A stretch of DNA of 64,000 nucleotides from Eledone cirrhosa (GCA_964016885.1 OZ024743.1:311984001-312048000); one strand, 5' to 3'; numbered from the stretch's first letter, positions 25,681-37,800 are shown. Numbers and translations: made by a program. The notes: generated from the sequence alone by a model not told the origin.

Positions 25681-26269
25681 TTGTTTTTCGGTTCAATAAT
25701 TTGTGTAAGTTGATCAAAGCAATCAACTAACTATGCTCCAATCAATCACAAGTATTCCATGTCATAGGTACTACATATATGGTACCTGACGGAGTAAGTC
25801 AGAAAAGAGACAGTTTTACACTTCCGTTTATTGCCTTATTATACACATTTTAACACATATTATACACATTTCAAAGGTATTGAAATGTCATTATGTAATG
25901 CATTGGCAGATAAGTGTTGAAAATATAAACAATGTTTTTGTTTTTGGTTTTTGATATGCCTACTGTTGAAGAGATGTTGTTCATTTGGGTTTCAGCAGGC
26001 ATAAGCTGTATCAGGCTGGCAACAGTTAGCTAGAGATAGAGTGCAAGCTGGCTTGATGAGGGTAAGAGGTCAAAGTAGGTCACTGCACTAATGATATCTC
26101 AGTCTGTTCTGTTTTTGTCAGTCTGCTATGGTCATTAAAGGGGGCTATAAAACAATTAATTCCTAAAAGTTTAGATTTATCTATTTTACTATTGCTATCT
26201 ATATCAGCATTAAACCCATCATTCTCATCAGTATAAAGTCATCAGTTTATTCCCAGCAGGTAACCTTGA

Positions 26270-26700
26270 TCACAATTGGCAGTATCGGTAGAGGGTCGGA
26301 CGCCATGCTTTGCAACAAAGAGTTACGACCCTTTATGGTCTGAGTTCAAATCCCGCCGAGGTTAACTTTGCCTTTCATCCTTGCGGGATCAATAAAATAA
26401 AGTACCAGTAATGCACTGAGTAATTGCTGGCCTTGTGCCAAAAGTAGAAACAATTATTATTGTCTGAGGGTGGTGGATTGGCAATATCAGTAGAACATTG
26501 GAGAACATGCATTGTGGCTTATAGTTATGACCCTGTATTTACTCAGTTCAAATCCCGGCAAGGATAGCTTTGCCTTTCAACCTTACAGATTCAATAAAAT
26601 AAACTACCAGTAATGCACTGAGGTCAATTTAACCAACATTCCCTCCCTTTAAAATTATTGGCCTTGTATCTAAATCAGAAACCATTATTATTATCATTAT
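26270..26700 (+). mobile_element. Two head-to-tail family A tRNA-derived SINEs
   Basis: ttggcagtatcggtagag...gagttcaaatcccg (A and B boxes) occurs twice, each with an attattatt tail. Confidence 0.8.
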
Positions 26701-27344
26701 TGTAGTGTAAATATTTTCCATTGGCATCCATAGGTCTTTAGTAAATAATTATTCTAGTTGTGGTGTTGCGATAGAGGGGGTGAGCTTAAGCTTATGTGTA
26801 TGAATATGTCTATGAGTGTGTACATAAGCTAAATCTCCTTATAGTGGGTTTTGTGGCATCATACATGCACATACATGTACATGGTATAGAACACCCGTAT
26901 ATTAACATACCTGCATGTACTCATCAACGGTTGATCTCCCACACACTCACATTCAGACTAAAATACAATCCACACGTTTACACATATACATGTCATGTAC
27001 ACTCATAAAGAATATAGTAACACCATAAATAAATGTGAAGGTAGAACTAGGAGAATTAGGGGCTAGGAGAATTGTTATTCATTGTCCTCACCTGTAAGGT
27101 GAAAGAGTAATACATTTTAAAGTAGGTAATTAGGCTGATGTCATATCAGGAAAGGGTATGTAGGCAAGCCAGTTTGTAAATATGGAAGCGTGGTGTTTAG
27201 CAGAGATTAAAGGAATTAGCTATGGCAAATGGAGGAGCCCAGTACTCCGATAGATAGATTAACAAGTGTAACAAAAACATCAACATATTAGGAGTTGTGT
27301 TCACGTTGATGTGTCTATGTGTAGGGATGGGGGAAATAGGTCAA

Positions 27345-28305
27345 TGTTATCTAAAGAGTTTCAAGAAGGTCCTTGATTGACAAATCAGAGAGCCTATTAA
27401 TTATGTGGGGTCCACCCTTTATAATTGCCATGGCTTCTGCAGTGCATAAATCACAACCATTTGTAAAAGATCGTCCCTCATACATGTGTACAATTTTATG
27501 TGTGGACCACATCAAATTGTATATTACATGTCCATAATATCAAAGCTGTGATCTCTCAATTCGGAGAAGTAGTGGCTCTACCAGGAGCAACTCTCTGATC
27601 TCTGAGCTACACACTCTATTGAGTAATGTCACTCCAAAGACCCTTTGAAGGAACCCCATTTTGATTGCTTGTATTCACGAGCGTATTCTTTCAGTCATTA
27701 CCCAAGATTCAAGACCATAATTTTAAAGAATTTCATAAACATTTTCTTTTTCCTTTCGAGAGCAATATTATGTTTAAAAGGAGTAAAAAGTGTATTATCG
27801 AAGTACAAACCTCTGCCAAGCTTCCAGATCCTACGCTTAATTTGTTGGGAAATGTATGAGGCAACAAGCTGCTACGTGGGCTGAGTATGTATAGGCCATG
27901 ATGATATCAAAATCATTGGGTCTGTCCTTACATCTCCATAAAACTGTTTTCCTACCCAGGAGTTTTATGTCAATTTCCTCTTGGCATATATTAGCGCCTT
28001 TTAAGCAAGATTGGTAAGATATGAGTAATTACTTTTTATAATTAAGATGTATAAATTTGGTTCTATCTTTGTTTCGAAGGTTCATAAACCATCCAATAAC
28101 CTCCTTGGTTCTAGCCCACAGTTGGAGCTGTGTCTTATTCTTCAATGTAGGTATAATCCTATCGAGTATATATTTGCTGATAATCCCTATATCTGATTTG
28201 GATGGTACAACGAGCCTAACAGGTAATTCCCACTTAGTTGGTTTGTGATCCTTAATTGTTATTCTGGGTGTTCTAGGTATGTATGGTTCAGTCCGAGCAT
28301 ATACC
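27345..28305 (-). mobile_element. Decayed Penelope-like retroelement (RT N-terminal half and core; probable endonuclease C-terminal end)
   Basis: Minus-strand translation: RITIKDHKP...PVRLVVPSKSDIGIISKYILDRI...QLW..TKEVIGWF, FDIIMAY..AHV..LVASYI, GLYFDN (decayed GLYRDD), and CDLCTAEAMAII...IINRLSDL. Not in the ORF track. Confidence 0.75.
27522..27720 (-). mobile_element. RTE (Expander/Rex3-like) C-terminal fragment inside the Penelope-like remnant
   Basis: YGLESWVMTERIRS*IQAIKMGFLQRVFGVTLLNRVCSSEIRELLLVEPLLLRIERSQL*YYGHV. Confidence 0.85.
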
Positions 28306-28545
28306 TGCCGTAATCAAAATGAACTGCTGTAATCTGAATGAATAACAACTCTTCAACAATGGACATATAAAAAAATAAAAACATTGTTTACATTTTCAGC
28401 ACCTGTATAACAGTAATGCATTAAATAACTATTACATAATGACATTTTAATGCCTTTGAAATATGTATAAAAGGTGTTATGTAAGACAATAAATGAAAAT
28501 GCAATATGTAAAACTGCCTCTTCTTTTTACTTAATATATATACAT

Positions 28546-28610
<65 letters not shown>

Positions 28611-28864
28611 CACACACACATACATTTATGTACACATACAATAAACAAATAAGGAAGTAATTTCTCTTACAGTTTCAATTCAATCAGAATTATATCATTC
28701 GGCAATTTGATTTGAGAAAAAAAAACATAAACAAACTAAATAAATGAGTATATCTGTCAGGAATGGCTTTAGATATCAAAGTAATTATCTAAATTATTTG
28801 TAATTGGTGCTGTGTTAATTAGGTTTGGTTTACTTTGTAATCTCTGCTAAATCAACAATAAATA

Positions 28865-29400
28865 AATACCACTCCTCACTTAATGACCAGATTCCATTAC
28901 TGCCAACTTGGTCAGTAAACAAATTCCTCACTTAGTGATCAATTCCATTCTACCAGCTAGACCAGTAAACAAATTCCTTACTTAGCAACAAGTGCCCCAT
29001 TTAGTGACCAAATACCATTCCACCAACTTGCTAATAAATGAATTCCTCACTTAACAACAAACATCTCACTTAGTGACAAGGTTTCATTTCACTTACTTGG
29101 GCCAGTAAACAAATTCCTCATTTAACAACAAATGCCTTACTTAGTGACCAGGTTTCATTTCATTTACTTGGCCAGTAAACAAATTCCTCACTTAACAACA
29201 AATGCCTTACTTAGTGACCAGGTTCTATTTCACTTACTTGTCCTGTAAACAAATTCCTCACTTAACAACAAACACCTCACTTAACAACAAACGTCTCCCT
29301 TAATAACCAGGTTCCATTCCACCAACTTAATCGTAATGTGAATTGGTTGGTAAACAAACACCTCACTTAACAACCTGGTTTCATTCCAGTGACCTGGTCA
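28865..29400. repeat. Degenerate 70-bp minisatellite (about 7 units) with internal 20-bp subrepeats
   Basis: ccagtaaacaaattcctcacttaacaacaaatgccttacttagtgaccagg... in register at 28961, 29031, 29101, 29171 and 29241. Confidence 0.88.
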
Positions 29401-29549
29401 AAATATTTTAAGATATAGTTTTAATGACACCCTGACAGGCAATGAAGTTTATGAGAGTATGATAGGTTACCAAGTATCAGTTATATATTAAATTGATTAT
29501 TTGAATAAAGAAATTGGTAAAGGTCTAATGGAAACACTATCTGATGGAA

Positions 29550-29832
29550 TCATAGTGGCACTGATGTGACATATGACATATCTTGGGCATTGTAAACTTG
29601 GTGGAGTCCATCTCCTCTCCAGGTTGGAACACAGCCAACTTCTTCCAGAGGAGAGAGATAGAGGAAGTGAAAAAGAGATAAAGGAAGAATTGAGCCCAGT
29701 ACTACACCAGTGCTTTTTTATCAACCTCAAATGGATGAAGGCAAAATTAACCTTGGTAGGATTTGAACACAGAGAGCCAGAACAAATACCATAGTGCATT
29801 TCGTCCAATGTTTTATCAACTGCCAATTCACA
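29550..29832 (-). mobile_element. Family A SINE, long form
   Basis: Collinear with 14345-14667. Confidence 0.72.
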
Positions 29833-30136
29833 GACTTGGAAATACTATCTTAATAACTGTAAATTTGTTTCATTTTAGCAAAACTCCTATAAAAAAAAAA
29901 GATTGGCTGGATAAAGATCATAAAACTTACATGAAAGAAATGTAAAAATGTGAATGTTGGCAGGTGTACGATAATAGTTGTAAGTGTGAGCAATCATTAA
30001 ATGAGGAATTATAAATCTATGTAGATTTAGATGGCTTCCTACAAGACTGCATCTCATAGGAGGTTTCTTGGGTGCTTTAATGATAGGAGCCCTAGTTCTG
30101 TCATAAGTGAGGAGTGGCTGTAATATATATATTCCT

Positions 30137-30816
30137 CTAGCCTAGATAGGACCCATCCATTATATTAGGACCCCCATTAATAATCTGGTCTATCACTGAA
30201 TCATATGAAGTACTAGAGCCATCATCAAGGCTCACACATCGGGGCAAAGGTTCTAGAGTGGGAAGTTGTCGACACAAAGATCTAATGTCTTCGCTGGCTC
30301 GATGGTAAGCAAAACCCCCGCTATTTGAGTTGCCAGTACCCATTACTGAAGATCCCCGCTTATGATTTGGACGGTATATAACACTGGTGTCTTTGTTATT
30401 ATGGAGACATGGAACCAACTCTGCAGGGTCCTGGTTAGGGCTGTAGAATACATGTCGAAAGTTAGCGGGAATCTTAATAGACAATAAATCTAATTCAAGT
30501 TCTCCTTCATTGCTGGAGGAGTCCCCTTCAGGTGGAGGTGATCCGGAGTGAGGTTTGCTATCAGGGTCCCATTCTTTGTGTACTTCAGCTTCTAACACTG
30601 TAAGAGATTTAGCTGTTCGGCTGACAACAGGAAGAGATCGGCTTTTACCCCGCTGAACTTCAAAACCTTCCTCAGATTCTGTCTGAGGACTTTCATGCTG
30701 TTGTGGTTGTTTTTTCTTTTTCTTCTTTTGTTGTTGCTGTTGTTGTTGTTGTTGTTGTTGTTGTTGTGGCTGTTGCGGCTGTTGTTGTTTCTGTTGCTGT
30801 TGTTGCTTATGTTCTG

Positions 30817-30848
<32 letters not shown>

Positions 30849-31926
30849 GGTTGTTGTGGTTGTTGTTGTGGTGGTTGCTGTTGTTGTTGCTGCTTTTGTT
30901 GTGTTGGAGGGTATAATGATGAAACAATAGGTTCTGCAAAGAACATGTTGGAGTCGTGTAGCTTTTTAGTTTGTGATATATTTTCATAACTATGGGAATT
31001 GTGAGTAGAAAGAGAAAATGGAGTGAGCGTTGTGTGACTGTTTAATGAAGAAGGAAGTGAGTTTAAGCGACTGTGAAAGAAACTCGAAACGGGGGCATTG
31101 CTGTCTCTTGAGAAAATTCCAAAGATGTCCCTCTGAGAGCTAAGGTAATAAGAAAACGATGCGTGTCTGCCTGTCTGTTTAGCATTTGGAACTTTCTCAA
31201 TCTTGGTTTCCGGTAGTAATAAAGGTTCGCCTGAACTGTGACGATTATGTTTTGATTTAAATTTACAACCAACTGGTCGAGGTACTTGTTCAAGGTGATC
31301 TTCAACCCAACATGGGTTGTCTTTAAAATACTGTTTAGCCTGTTCAATGGCTACTTTTAAACGTTGACCTACTTCAGATTTATCATAGTTTTTTGTAGTT
31401 ATTCCGGAAAATGGTGAAAATTTGGAACATTCCAAACTCAATCCATGAAGTTGACATACAAGATTCGACACATCTCGCATCATCATAAATTTCTGAGCTA
31501 GGTCAAGCTGTGCTGGTATATCTCCTTCAACGGAGTAATCCATATACAGCACAATAAATTTCGACAAAGACATACCTTTACAACGTTCAATACGCATTTT
31601 TTCTGCCACATAGTCAACCGCTAGAGCAAAATAGTCTGGGATGGTTCGATGCGGGTGCAATTTAAACTGCATATTTTTTTTACATCTGAGCCGTGAACCA
31701 ACAGAACAAAGAACAATAATATATTCAGCTTCTTGCATATTGTCGAGAAGCCAATCATTAAGACCTTTCTCCTGAATGAGATGTTCTTCAAATAAATCAA
31801 TGTGAACATTACAATTGCAAATCTGCATAAGGAAAGCAGCCATGGCTTGGACAACATATTCATGAGCACAACAATCAGAAGAATACAGCAAAAGTACATT
31901 AGGAAAATGTTGCTTCATGTCAAAAT
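30137..31926 (-). CDS. IL17RD: Terminal coding exon of an interleukin-17 receptor D (Sef)-like protein: SEFIR domain, extension, polyQ and Ser/Pro-rich tail
   Basis: 593-aa ORF. VLLLYS..H..VV..A.FL...C...V.IDLFE, YIIVLCS.G, LSKFIVLYMDYSVEGDIP and P.W.E fit the IL17RD/RA SEFIR pattern as I recall it. Acceptor tctatcttttcAG|AT TTT GAC ATG at 31927/31926. The symbol indicates similarity only; orthology is untested. Confidence 0.88.
30697..30903 (-). repeat. Coding (CAA/CAG)n polyglutamine region with a Lys run
   Basis: QQKQQQQQQPPQQQ...QQKKKKKKQPQQH within the ORF. Confidence 0.95.
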
Positions 31927-32419
31927 CTGAAAAGATAGATAATCAAAAATATATAATTAGTAGCACTTCAGATATGGTAAATACAACAACTCCTGAAACA
32001 AGAAGTACCAGTCGCAGACAAGGCAAACTATAGCTAATTCTATAATCTTTTTGTGACTGTATTCCTAACAAAATTTATTGTCCACGTGTTAGAGTTAATT
32101 TTGAAAATAATGAAGAATTTAGAAAATTTTGTAAAGAAACTAAAATTATCATTAGCTGGCATTTGGAACATAATTTAACAAAAAGTTCTTTAAAAATTAT
32201 GATAGACAGGTGAAATTCAGATATATACATTTTAAATTAAAGGACTTCTATTATAAAACTTCTGTGAAGAGTTGCAACTGGTAGATAGTATTAGCAATGG
32301 AAAGACCAATGGAAACATTGTTTCCTTGGTCCGATTTGACGAGTTTCATACAATTCGATATACAAATGAAGTCTGGGATCTTGTCAATTGATTGATCGAT
32401 ATCTATCTATAAACCTTGT

Positions 32420-32660
32420 ATCATAATTTTATGTAAAAGCTTTTAAGTTATGTACCAAACACCAACTTAATAGTGAGAAACCCTTCAACTTTTTGATTAT
32501 TTCCAAAATTATTTGAAAATCCTAGGCAGTGTCTTTCATTAGAAATAGACTAATCAAAGGGTAAAGACATAGACAGTGCCTTTCATTAGAAATATGATAA
32601 TGAAAGGATTAATGATATAGACAGTGTCTTTCATTAGAAATATGGTGATGAAAGGGTTAA
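32420..32660. mobile_element. TTAA-type MITE fragment with a triplicated right end
   Basis: cagtg(t/c)ctttcattagaaata..aaagg occurs three times, ending GAAAGGG|TTAA. Confidence 0.6.
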
Positions 32661-32922
32661 GCCATAAAACTAAAATAATAATTTAATATAAGTTACCCAT
32701 GAATTTGTAAACATTAAAGATTCATTATTTTTCTCAACACAGATGTGCCTTACAATTCAGCCCTGGTGTTAAACAAAATCCCTACTTCTGCTCTTGATGG
32801 CTGCTTGACTGCTAAGAAATAACAGCCAAAACCGTTTTAAAACATAGTCTATCCTCTAAATAAATAAATGACATATAAAATAATGTAGTCCCTATGTATG
32901 AAAATAAGACAACTAGAACATG

Positions 32923-33005
32923 CCGTATATACTCGAAAATAAGCTGACCCCCTATTTTACGTCTGAGAAATGAGCAAAAATCCAAACCCTGTTCATAAGC
33001 TGAGG
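32923..33005. mobile_element. Probable Tc2/pogo-type DNA transposon terminus
   Basis: CCGTATATACTCGAAAATAAGCTGAC resembles such TIRs; no partner end was found. Confidence 0.35.
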
Positions 33006-33247
33006 CAGCTAATCAACACATTATGTTTGGATAGCTTGGTTTTGAGATTCTCATGAGTAGAGAATATATTTATGAAGTTTTAATATTGTGATCTAACCCA
33101 TGCTAGCATGGAAGATGGACGTTAAACGAAGATGATGATGATATTTAAAATGTTTTAAGTATTGTTTAGAGTATTCAACTGCATTACATAATGAATTTTT
33201 TTACCAATTTCTGACTGTTTTCAAAGCCATATTCATTCAAAACAAAT

Positions 33248-34078
33248 TTCACCTCCAAAATTAAACCAGTGTAATATTCACCTCCAAAGTGAAACCAGTG
33301 TAATATTCACTTCTCAAGAGAAACTGATATAATATTTATCTCCAAAGTTAAACCAGTGTGTTATTCACCTCCAAAGTGAAACTGGTGTAATATTCACCTC
33401 TGAAGTGAAACCGGTGTAATATTCACCTCTGAAGTGAAACCGGTGTAATATTCACCTCCAAAGTGAAACCAATGTAATATTCACCTCCAAAGTGAAACCA
33501 GTGTAATATTCACCTCCAAAGTGAAACCGGTGTAATATTCACTTCCAAATTGAAACCAGTGTAATATTCACTTCCAAATTGAAACCAGTGTAATAATCAC
33601 TTCCAAAGTGAAACCAGCGTAATATTCACTTCCAAAGTGAAACCAGTGTAATAATCACTTCCAAAGTGAAACCAGTGTAATATTCCCTTCCAAAGTGAAA
33701 CCAGTGTAATATTCACCTCCAAAGTAAAACCAGTGTAATATTCACTTCTAAAGTGAAACCAGTGTAATATTCACTTCCAAAGTGAAACTGGTGTAATATT
33801 CACTTCCAAAGTGAAACTGGCGTAATATTCACTTCCAAAGTGAAACCAGTGTAATATTCACTTCCAAAGTGAAACTGGTGTAATATTCACTTCCAAAGTG
33901 AAACCAGTGTAATATTCACCTCCAAAGTGAAACCAGTGTAATATTCACTTCCAAAGTGAAACAAGTGTAATATTCACTTCCAAAGTGAAACAAGTTTAAT
34001 ATTCACTTCCAAAGTGAAACCAGTGTAATATTCACTTCCAAAGTGAAACCAGTGTAATATTCACCTCCAAAGTGAAAA
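33248..34078. repeat. 29-bp minisatellite, about 28 copies, consensus TATTCACTTCCAAAGTGAAACCAGTGTAA
   Basis: Period 29 (e.g. 33971 to 34000); internal inverted repeat TTCACTT-CCA-AAGTGAA. Confidence 0.96.
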
Positions 34079-34288
34079 TATTTATGTAGAATTTCGAAGT
34101 TGGTGAAAATCAGCAAAATATTGACTTCAAATATAGACCTCCCTACCCCACACCATTTTCCTATCAATTTTTTTGTCACATATCTCTCAGCTAATATATG
34201 ATAATTGATTATAGAGTCATTGAGTTAGAGATGGCCTAGGGCTAAACAACAAGAAGAAATAAGCATGAAATGAATAAATGAATCTTAC

Positions 34289-34333
34289 CTTCAATAATTA
34301 CATCAGATAACTGTGGATGTTCAATATGTGACC
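34289..34333 (-). CDS. Predicted 45-nt penultimate exon of the IL17RD-like gene
   Basis: Minus strand tttcttctccaAG|gg tca cat att gaa cat cca cag tta tct gat gta att att gaa g|GTAAGA. Open, phase 1-1, and joins the terminal exon in frame: SHIEHPQLSDVIIE-D-FDMKQHFP. Confidence 0.7.
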
Positions 34334-34369
34334 CTTGGAGAAGAAATGGATATTATTGAAAAGGTTTCC

Positions 34370-34495
34370 AGAGAAACATGAGTGAGACAGAGAGAGAGAA
34401 TGTGATAAAGCAGATGTAAGATAGAAAGAGATAAAACAGAAGTGTGTGAGAGAGAGAGAGATAAAACAGAAGAATGCATGAGAGAAAGATAACTG

Positions 34496-34545
<50 letters not shown>

Positions 34546-34745
34546 CAGAGAGAGAGAGTAAATGTGGGATGAGAGAGTGAGAGAGATATAACAGAAGTGT
34601 GTGTGTGTAAGAGTGAGAGAGATAAAACAGATGTGTGAGAGAGAGAGAGAGAGAAAGAGGAGATGAAACATTAGTGTGAGAGAGAGAGCGAAAACAGACG
34701 TGTGTGTGCATGAGAGAAAGAGAGAGATAAAACATTAGTGTGTAC
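34370..34745. repeat. GA/GT-rich compound microsatellite region
   Basis: (GA)n, (GT)n and recurrent gagataaaacag. Confidence 0.9.
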
Positions 34746-34838
34746 ATAAGGTGCTCCAGTATGATCACAGTGAAATTACCAAAGGTAATAAAAGAGTAAC
34801 GGTACATAAAAAGGCCTGTTTTTTTTACAAACGTGAGG

Positions 34839-37800
34839 CTGTAAAGTGATCACATTGGTGCCACAACAAAAGAGTCTAGTCCACCCTGTAAAGTGGTAAT
34901 GTTGGTGCCACAACAAAAGAGTCTAGTCCACCCTGTAAAGTAGTCATGTTGGTGCAACAACAAAAGAGACTAGTCCACCCTGTAAAGTGATCACATTGGT
35001 GCCACAACAAAAGAGTCTAGTCCACCCTGTAAAGTGGTCATGTTGGTGCCACAACATAAGAGTCTAGTCCACCCTGTAAAGTGGTCTTGTTAGTGCCACA
35101 ACAAAAGAATCTAGTCCACCCTGTAAAGTGGTCATGTTGGTTTCACAACAAAAGAGTCTAGTCCACCCTGTAAAGTGATCACATAGGTGCCACAACAAAA
35201 GAGTCTAGTCCACCCTGTAAAGTGGTCATGTTGGTGCCACAACAAAAGAGTCTAGTCCACCCTGTAAAGTGGTCATGTTGGTGCCACAACAAAAGAATCT
35301 AGTCCACCCTGTAAAGTAGTCATGTTGGTTTCACAACAAAAGAGTCTAGTCCACACTGTAAAGTGGTCATGTTGGTGCCACAACAAAAGAGTCTAGTCCA
35401 CCCTGTAAAGTGGTCATGTTGGTTCAAACAACAAAAGAGTCTAGTCCACCCTGTAAAGTGGTCATGTTGCTGCCACAACAAAAGAGTCTAGTCCACCCTG
35501 TAAAGTGGTCATGTTGGTGCCACAACAAAATAGTCTAGTCCACCCTGTAAAGTGATCACATTTGTGCCACAGCAAAAGAGTCTAGTCCACCCTGTAAAGT
35601 GATCACATTGGTGCCACAACAAAAGAGTCTAGTCCATCCTGTAAAGTGGTCATGTTGGTGCCACAACAAAAGAGTCTAGTCCACCCTGTAAAGTGGTCTT
35701 GTTTGTATCACAACAAAAGAGTCTAGTCCACCCTGTAAAGTGGTCATGTTGGTGTCACAACAAAAGAGTCTAGTCCACCCTGTAAAGTGATCACATTGGT
35801 GCCACAACAAAATTTTCTACTCCACCCTGTAAAGTGGTCATGTTGGTGCCACAAAAAAAGAGTCTAGTCCACTCTGTAAAGTGGTCATGTTGGTGCCACA
35901 ACAAAAGAGTCTAGTCCACCCAGTAAAGTGATCACATTGGTGTCACAACAAAAGAGTCTAGTCCAACCTGTAAAGTGGTCATGTTGGTGTCACAACAAAA
36001 GAGTCTAGTCCACCCTGTAAAGTGGTCATGTTGGTGCCACAACAAAAGAATCTAGTCCACCCTATAAAGTGGTCATGTTGGTGCCACAACAAAAGAGTCT
36101 AGTCCACCCTGTAAAGCGGTCATGTTGGTGCCACAACAAAAGAGTCTAGTCCACCCTGTAAAGTGGTCATGTTGGTGCCACAACAAAAGAATCTAGTCCA
36201 CCCTGTAAAGTGGTCATGTTGGTTTCACAACAGAAGAGTCTAGTCCACCCTGTAAAGTGATCACATTGGTGCCACAACAAAAGAGTCTAGTCCACCCTGT
36301 AAAGTGGTCATGTTGGTGCCACAACAAAAGAGTCTAGTCCACCCTGTAAAGTGGTTATGTTGGTGCCACAACAAAAGAGTCTAGTCCACCCTGTAAAGTG
36401 GTCATGTTGGTGTCACAACAAAAGAGTCTAGTCCACCCTGTAAAGTGGTCATGTTGGTGTCACAACAAAAGAGTCTAGTCCACCCTGTAAAGTGGTAATA
36501 TTGGTGTCACAACAAAAGACTCTAGTCCACCCTGTGAAGTGATCACATTGGTGCCACAACAAAAGAGTCTAGTCCACCCTGTAAAGTGGTCATGTTGGTG
36601 CAACAACAAAAGAATCTAGTCCACCCTGTAAAGTGGTCATGTTGGTGCCACAACAAAAGAATCTAGTCCACCCTGTAAAGTGGTCATGTTGGTTTCACAA
36701 CAAAAGAGTCTAGTCCACACTGTAAAGTGGTCATGTTGGTGCCACAACAAAAGAGTCTAGTCCACCCTATAAAGTGGTCATGTTGGTGCCACAACAAAAT
36801 AGTCTAGTCCACCCTGTAAAGTGATCACATTTGTGCCACAGCAAAAGAGTCTAGTCCACCCTGTAAAGTGATCACATTGGTGCCACAACAAAAGAGTCTA
36901 GTCCATCCTGTAAAGTGGTCATGTTGGTGCCACAACAAAAGAGTCTAGTCCACCCTGTAAAGTGGTCTTGTTGGTATCACAACAAAAGAGTCTAGTCCAC
37001 TCTGTAAAGTGGTCATGTTGGTGCCACAACAAAAGAGTCTAGTCCATCCAGTAAAGTGATCACAATGGTGTCACAACAAGAGTCTAGTCCACCCTGTAAA
37101 GTGGTCATGTTGGTGTCACAACAAAAGAGACTAGTCCACCCTGTAAAGTGGTCATGTTGGTGCAACAACAAAAGAGTCTAGTCCACCCTGTAAAGTGGGC
37201 ATGTTGGTGCCACAACAAAAGAATCTAGTCCACCCTGTAAAGTGGTCATGTTGGTTTCACAACAAAAGAGTCTAGTCCACCCTGTAAAGTGATCACATTG
37301 GTGCCACAACAAAAGAGTCTAGTCCACCCTGTAAAGTGGTCATGTTGGTTTCACAACTAAAGAGTCTAGTCCACCCTGTAAAGTGGTCATGTTGGTGTCA
37401 CAACAAAAGAGTCTAGTCCACCCTGTAAAGTGGTAATGTTGGTGTCACAACAAAAGACTCTAGTCCACCCTGTAAAGTGATCACATTTGTGCCACAGCAA
37501 AAGAGTCTAGTCCACCCTGTAAAGTGATCACATTGGTGCCACAACAAAAGAGTCTAGTCCACTCTGTAAAGTGGTCATGTTGGTGCCACAACAAAAGAGT
37601 CTAGTCCACCCAGTAAAGTGATCACATTGGTGTCACAACAAGAGTCTAGTCCACCCTGTAAAGTGGTCATGTTGGTGTCACAACAAAAGAGACTAGTCCA
37701 CCCTGTAAAGTGGTCATGTTGGTGCCACAACAAAAGAGTCTAGTCCACCCTGTAAAGTGATCACATTGGTGCCACAACAAAAGAGTCTAGTCCACCCTGT

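Noticed and set aside
26270-26360. tRNA gene
   Set aside because: A and B boxes are present, but they are followed by a repeated SINE body and I could not fold an intact cloverleaf.
27225-27260. Hammerhead ribozyme next to the Penelope-like remnant
   Set aside because: tggaggagcccagtactccgatag only loosely resembles CUGANGA...GAAA; the core nucleotides and stems are missing.
31916-31918. ATG at 31918 as the start of a single-exon gene
   Set aside because: A good splice acceptor lies 8 nt upstream and an in-frame upstream exon is predicted, so the Met is probably internal.
33248-34078. CRISPR-like 29-bp palindromic repeat
   Set aside because: Length and hairpin are CRISPR-like, but there are no spacers; it is a plain tandem repeat.
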